From Eledone cirrhosa (taxonomy: Eukaryota), in contig OZ024742.1 of NCBI GenBank assembly GCA_964016885.1, positions 80,228,001 through 80,292,000 on the forward strand: DNA of 64,000 nt, read 5' to 3'. Shown here piece after piece: positions 59,730 through 64,000 of the stretch; the stretch's first letter is position 1, and each line of letters opens with the position of its first letter. The notes beneath the pieces are model-generated. The model worked only from the letters and a program-made list of their open reading frames with translations. It ran no database searches and was not told the origin of the DNA. A program made the position numbers and the translations under genes.

Positions 59730-62020
59730 AAATATACCATCATGGCTAATTAACGGCATAACATTCCTGCTTCCGAAGAATGATGAGACAAACAATCCCA
59801 AAAATTACAGACCGATAAATTGCTTGACCACAATGTATAAAATGTTAACGTCAGACCTAACTGAATATACATATGACCACCTGATAACAAATGACCTATT
59901 TCCCATTGAGCAGAAAGGGTGTAAACGAGGCTCATATGGCTGTAAGGATCAGCTTTTGGTTAACAAAATGATACTGGAAAATTGTCATAATAGACAGAAA
60001 AATCTATCAATTGCTTGGATAGATTATAAAAAAGCATTCGATAGTTTGCCACACAGTTGGATTGAAAAATGTTTAGAGATTTTCAAAATATCCCCCGTTG
60101 TCAGGAGGTTTTTGTCATTCAGTGTGAAGACATGGAAAACGACACTCCTTTTGAATAGTGAAAAAAAATCACTGGAAGCTGGAGAAGTTAATATTAATTG
60201 TGGAATTTTTCAGGGTGACTCTTTATCACCGCTTTTATTCTGCATCGCACTTATACCATTAAGTAAAATGCTCAATGAAACAAAACATGGATATAAAGTC
60301 TATGACAAAACCATTAATCACTTGTTCTACATGGATGACCTGAAACTATTTGCAGAAAATGATGAACAATTGCAAGGGCTATTATCCACTGTGGAGCAGT
60401 TCAGTGATGACATTAAAATAGAGTTTGGACTAGATAAATGCGCCAAAGCAACGTTCACCAGAGGAAAGCTGCTGAAAAGTTCAGACATTAATATTGATCG
60501 AGGGAATGTGATAAGAGAACTTGATCAAGAGGAAACTTACAAATATCTAGGTGTTTGTGAAGGAGACGGAATCAGGCACTCGACAATGAGGGAAAGGATA
60601 ATTAAGGAATGTTACCGCAGAATAAGAGCAATCTAAAGAACGGAATTGAATGCAAGGAATAGGATCGATGCCATAAACACGCTTGCCATACCAGTAGTAA
60701 CCTACAGTTACAATGTCATCAACTGGTCAAGCACAGAGATCCGTAGGCTCGATACATAAATTCGAAAATTCTTAACCAGGCACAGAATGCATCACCCTAA
60801 GGCAGATACAGATAGAATATATCTCCATAGGAAAGAAGGAGGACGTGGGTTAATCCAGTTAGACATTGCGTTGAAAACTGCAACAATTGGATTATCTATA
60901 TATCTAAGGTAATCACATGATTGGATGATCAAACTCGTTTTGAAACACAAAAGCATCAAAAGATCATACTCCATTACAAAAGATGCACAAAGATACAGTA
61001 ATGGACTACACATTTCAGAAGTCCCATTTACTGCTGAAATGGAAAACACAGAAAAAGCAAAGCAGGTAAAAGTAACTGCAAAGAAAGAACTGCTACAGAA
61101 ACTGGCTAAGAAATGGCAAGAAAAGCCTCTGTATGGAAAATACCCAGAACGAGCTAACAATCCTGATGTTGACAAAACTTTAACCCATCAGAGGTTGGCA
61201 TCCTCTGGACTGAAATCGGAGACTGAAGGACTGATTATATCGGCACAAGATCAGTGTCTGCCAACAAAAAATTACCAAGCCAACATAATAAAAAATGGGT
61301 GCAGCCCATTATGCCGTGTATGCAAAAAACAACCAGAGACCATTGACCATATAATTTCAATGTACAGTCCTATAGCTCCAACCGAATACCTAAACAAGCA
61401 TGACAGAGCTGCACAATACATACATTGGATAATGTGTAAGCATTTTGACCTGCCCCATCAAAAGAATTGGTGGGAGCATCAACCACCTCCCATACTTGAA
61501 AAAGATCACATCTCAATCTTGTGGAACTTTAGCATCCAAACAGACCGAAAAATAGATGCAAATAGACCTGATATAATATTGAAGGACTTTCAAAAGAGGG
61601 TATGCCTGCTAATTGATATGTCTGTTCCAATAGACAAGAATGTATCTATAAAAACATTTGAAAAATTGAGCAAGTATAAGCACCTGGAGATAGAAATTGG
61701 AAAAATGTGGAAATTGAGAACTAAAACAATACCAGTGGTTGTAGGCACTCCGGGAATGATACCTAAGGGGTCTAATGGTTACTTATCGCAAATCCCAGGA
61801 AACCCGCGCTAGGAGAAATACAAAAGATAGTACTAATGGGAACTGCCCATATACTAAGGAAGATTCTGTCAATATAAGTACATCACAAGTCTAAACACTA
61901 AAGATGCATGTGTGAGTATGTATGTTCTTTCTTGAACATGTCGGACCTTGTTGTCTTTTGAGGTCACTGGTTGTGACTTGGTGATAACTCGTATGAACAT
62001 AAAGCAAGATAAATACAGCT

Positions 62021-62021
<1 letters not shown>
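59730..62021 (+). mobile_element. R4/Dong-like LINE, copy 3 (longest)
   Basis: NYRPINCL, EQKGC, AWIDYKKAFDSLPH, GIFQGDSLSPLLF, HLFYMDD and the REL domain. Several nonsense changes. (AAT)n tail. Confidence 0.92.
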
Positions 62022-62079
<58 letters not shown>

Positions 62080-62082
<3 letters not shown>

Positions 62083-62223
62083 TGTTTCTACTTTAGGTAC
62101 AAGGCCAGCAAATACCCAGTGCATTACTGGTACTTTATTTTATCGACCCCGTAAGGATGAAAGGCAAAGTCAACCTCGGCGGGATTTGAACTCAGATCGT
62201 AAAGGGACGTAACTATGCTGGAA
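62080..62223 (-). mobile_element. tRNA-derived SINE (head truncated)
   Basis: Same family as 22945-23130. Confidence 0.85.
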
Positions 62224-62239
62224 TATAATAATAATAATG

Positions 62240-63615
62240 ATTTCATTTATTGTCCACAAGGGCTGACATATGGGGGACAATACAAAAGACTGGGACAGTG
62301 GGGTTTTACAGAAAAATCGAGTAAACAATATGAATAACAATAACAAAGTAACAATAAAATTACAACAAGAAAAAATTCCCCAATAGGGGGGATGACCACC
62401 CAGGGTTCGCTCAGGTACCCCACAAATCCTGAACGACCCGACGCTTCCAGAGCACCCCTCTCCTCCTCAAATGTACCTACCTAGAGCCGTATGACCAGAG
62501 TAGGCCCACTCACACGGGCCATTCTCGCAACATTCACCCACCTTTCAGCAAATGTACTGGGGGGCATCACTTCTCTCTCCACTCTCACCTTCCTTTCCAA
62601 GTGAAACTTTAAAAAGTTGATGAGGGATTGGCCGAAGAGAAAAGTGTCTGTCTTCAGTCCTTTCAACCTCGTCGATCATAAAACCTCTTTCGCTACTGCC
62701 ACCAGAGAGAGGGAAATTGCCTGCCCTTCCTGGCCTAAAGAAGACGGCGGTTCGATCTTCACTATGGACTCGCCCGATAGCCGGATCCGTTCTACACGCG
62801 ACAACAGCTCTTCAACATAACTCCACAAGTCAGTAATGCACGGACACTGGACAAGTGCGTGCAGAACGGTTTTGTCGCTCTGCGCGCATCTCGGGCAGGT
62901 CCGTCTGACAGCATTTCCGTGCCTGTAGAGTTTTTCTTGAACCGGCAGTGCCCCCCGGTAGCACTGCCAAGTGAGGGATTTTTGGAAATTGTCGATCGTC
63001 CCCGGCTCGAAAGTCCTCCGGTACAGACTGATTAGTTCGACTTCGTTGACTCCCAGAGCCTCTCCGAGTGCGTCGTCGTACTTGCCCACTACTAATCCTC
63101 TATAGAACTCGAGAGTGGAAGTTCCACTGACCGCATTGTCCGCCTGGTAGAGGGCTGTGAGTGCCTGGCAACATTCCAGATGCCAGTCACCTAGCCTCGG
63201 TTTCTTCTTGACCCAGGACTGCAGCTCAGTCAAAGAAACGAGCTGCAGAAAAGCCCGTCTGACAAACGGCGACCACACCTGTTCACCGTTTAGGCAGAAT
63301 ATCTGAAGATGCCGCAGCGACAGCGCGTGCCTGCGCATCATTAGCCACGGCATGCCCAGCCCTCCACGTAGAGGGTGCTGGCAGTAGATGGACCGCCTCA
63401 CCAGCGGAACCCTGACCCCTCCACAAGAATTTGAAGAGGAGAACTCCAAGATGGCATGGCACGAACGGGGGCTAGGGACGACGGTCAGACGGTAGTAGAT
63501 GACGGACACGATGTACGCGTTCGCCACCTCCGCCCGACCTTTCAGTGATAGCTTCATCCCGGCCCATTTCTGGGTGAGACTGGCTACCCTGCCCGTCACC
63601 TCGTCCCAATTTTTA
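62240..63615 (-). mobile_element. L1/Tx1-clade LINE 3' fragment
   Basis: KWAGMKLSLKGRAEVAN, GGLGMPWL, CPRC..KTVLHALVQC, and AATAAA at the 3' end. Confidence 0.88.
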
Positions 63616-64000
63616 TGCACCTTCGAACCAAACCCCTAGCAACTAGTTTTGTTGCCACCGTTGTTCTCGGTGCAGTTGGTATTGTTGTTGTTCGTGTTGT
63701 CACTATTTGTTTTCATGTTAGTGGTGTTGATATTGTTGTTGCATTTGTTATTTTTTTTTTGTTATCTGTATTTTTGTTGTCGCTGTTTCTGTCATTTTTT
63801 TCAAAATTAGAGTTCTCATTGGTATCATTGGTGTCTTTGTTTACTTTGTTTGTGGTGGTGTTTGTGTTATCAATTTGTGTTAATTTCGCTGTAGCGCTCC
63901 TCTCAACTTCTACGTCGTTGTCGCAAGACAGCAGACTTATCGCTGGGGGGCGTGGCTCAGCCATGTTTTTTTTTCTCCGTAAATTTTTTAACATGTAAAA

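Overview
AT-rich eukaryotic (metazoan) DNA with no recognisable host gene. The mix of long (TA)n/(CA)n/(AAT)n microsatellites, tRNA-derived SINEs and retroelements resembles a cephalopod (octopus-like) genome, which is an inference. The window is mostly decayed retroelements. These are Penelope-like elements (PLEs) of at least three lineages (several Neptune-like copies, a Naiad-like element, and a divergent PLE with an Asn-rich N-terminus), R4/Dong-like REL-endonuclease LINEs stacked in (AAT)n, two L1/Tx1-like fragments, RTE LINEs, a CRE-like fragment, about 8 SINE copies and a probable non-autonomous Helitron. The main hidden layer is RNA-structural. I can fold 11 type-I hammerhead ribozyme (HHR) motifs with intact catalytic cores by eye, two of them with a compensatory U3-A8 core, plus several decayed ones. 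Many sit in short non-coding modules or fold-back palindromes embedded in (TA)n, and one unit combines a tRNA-like head with a decayed HHR-like fold. Most short ORFs in the ORF track are microsatellite or antisense artefacts. All folds and alignments were made by eye and need computational confirmation.
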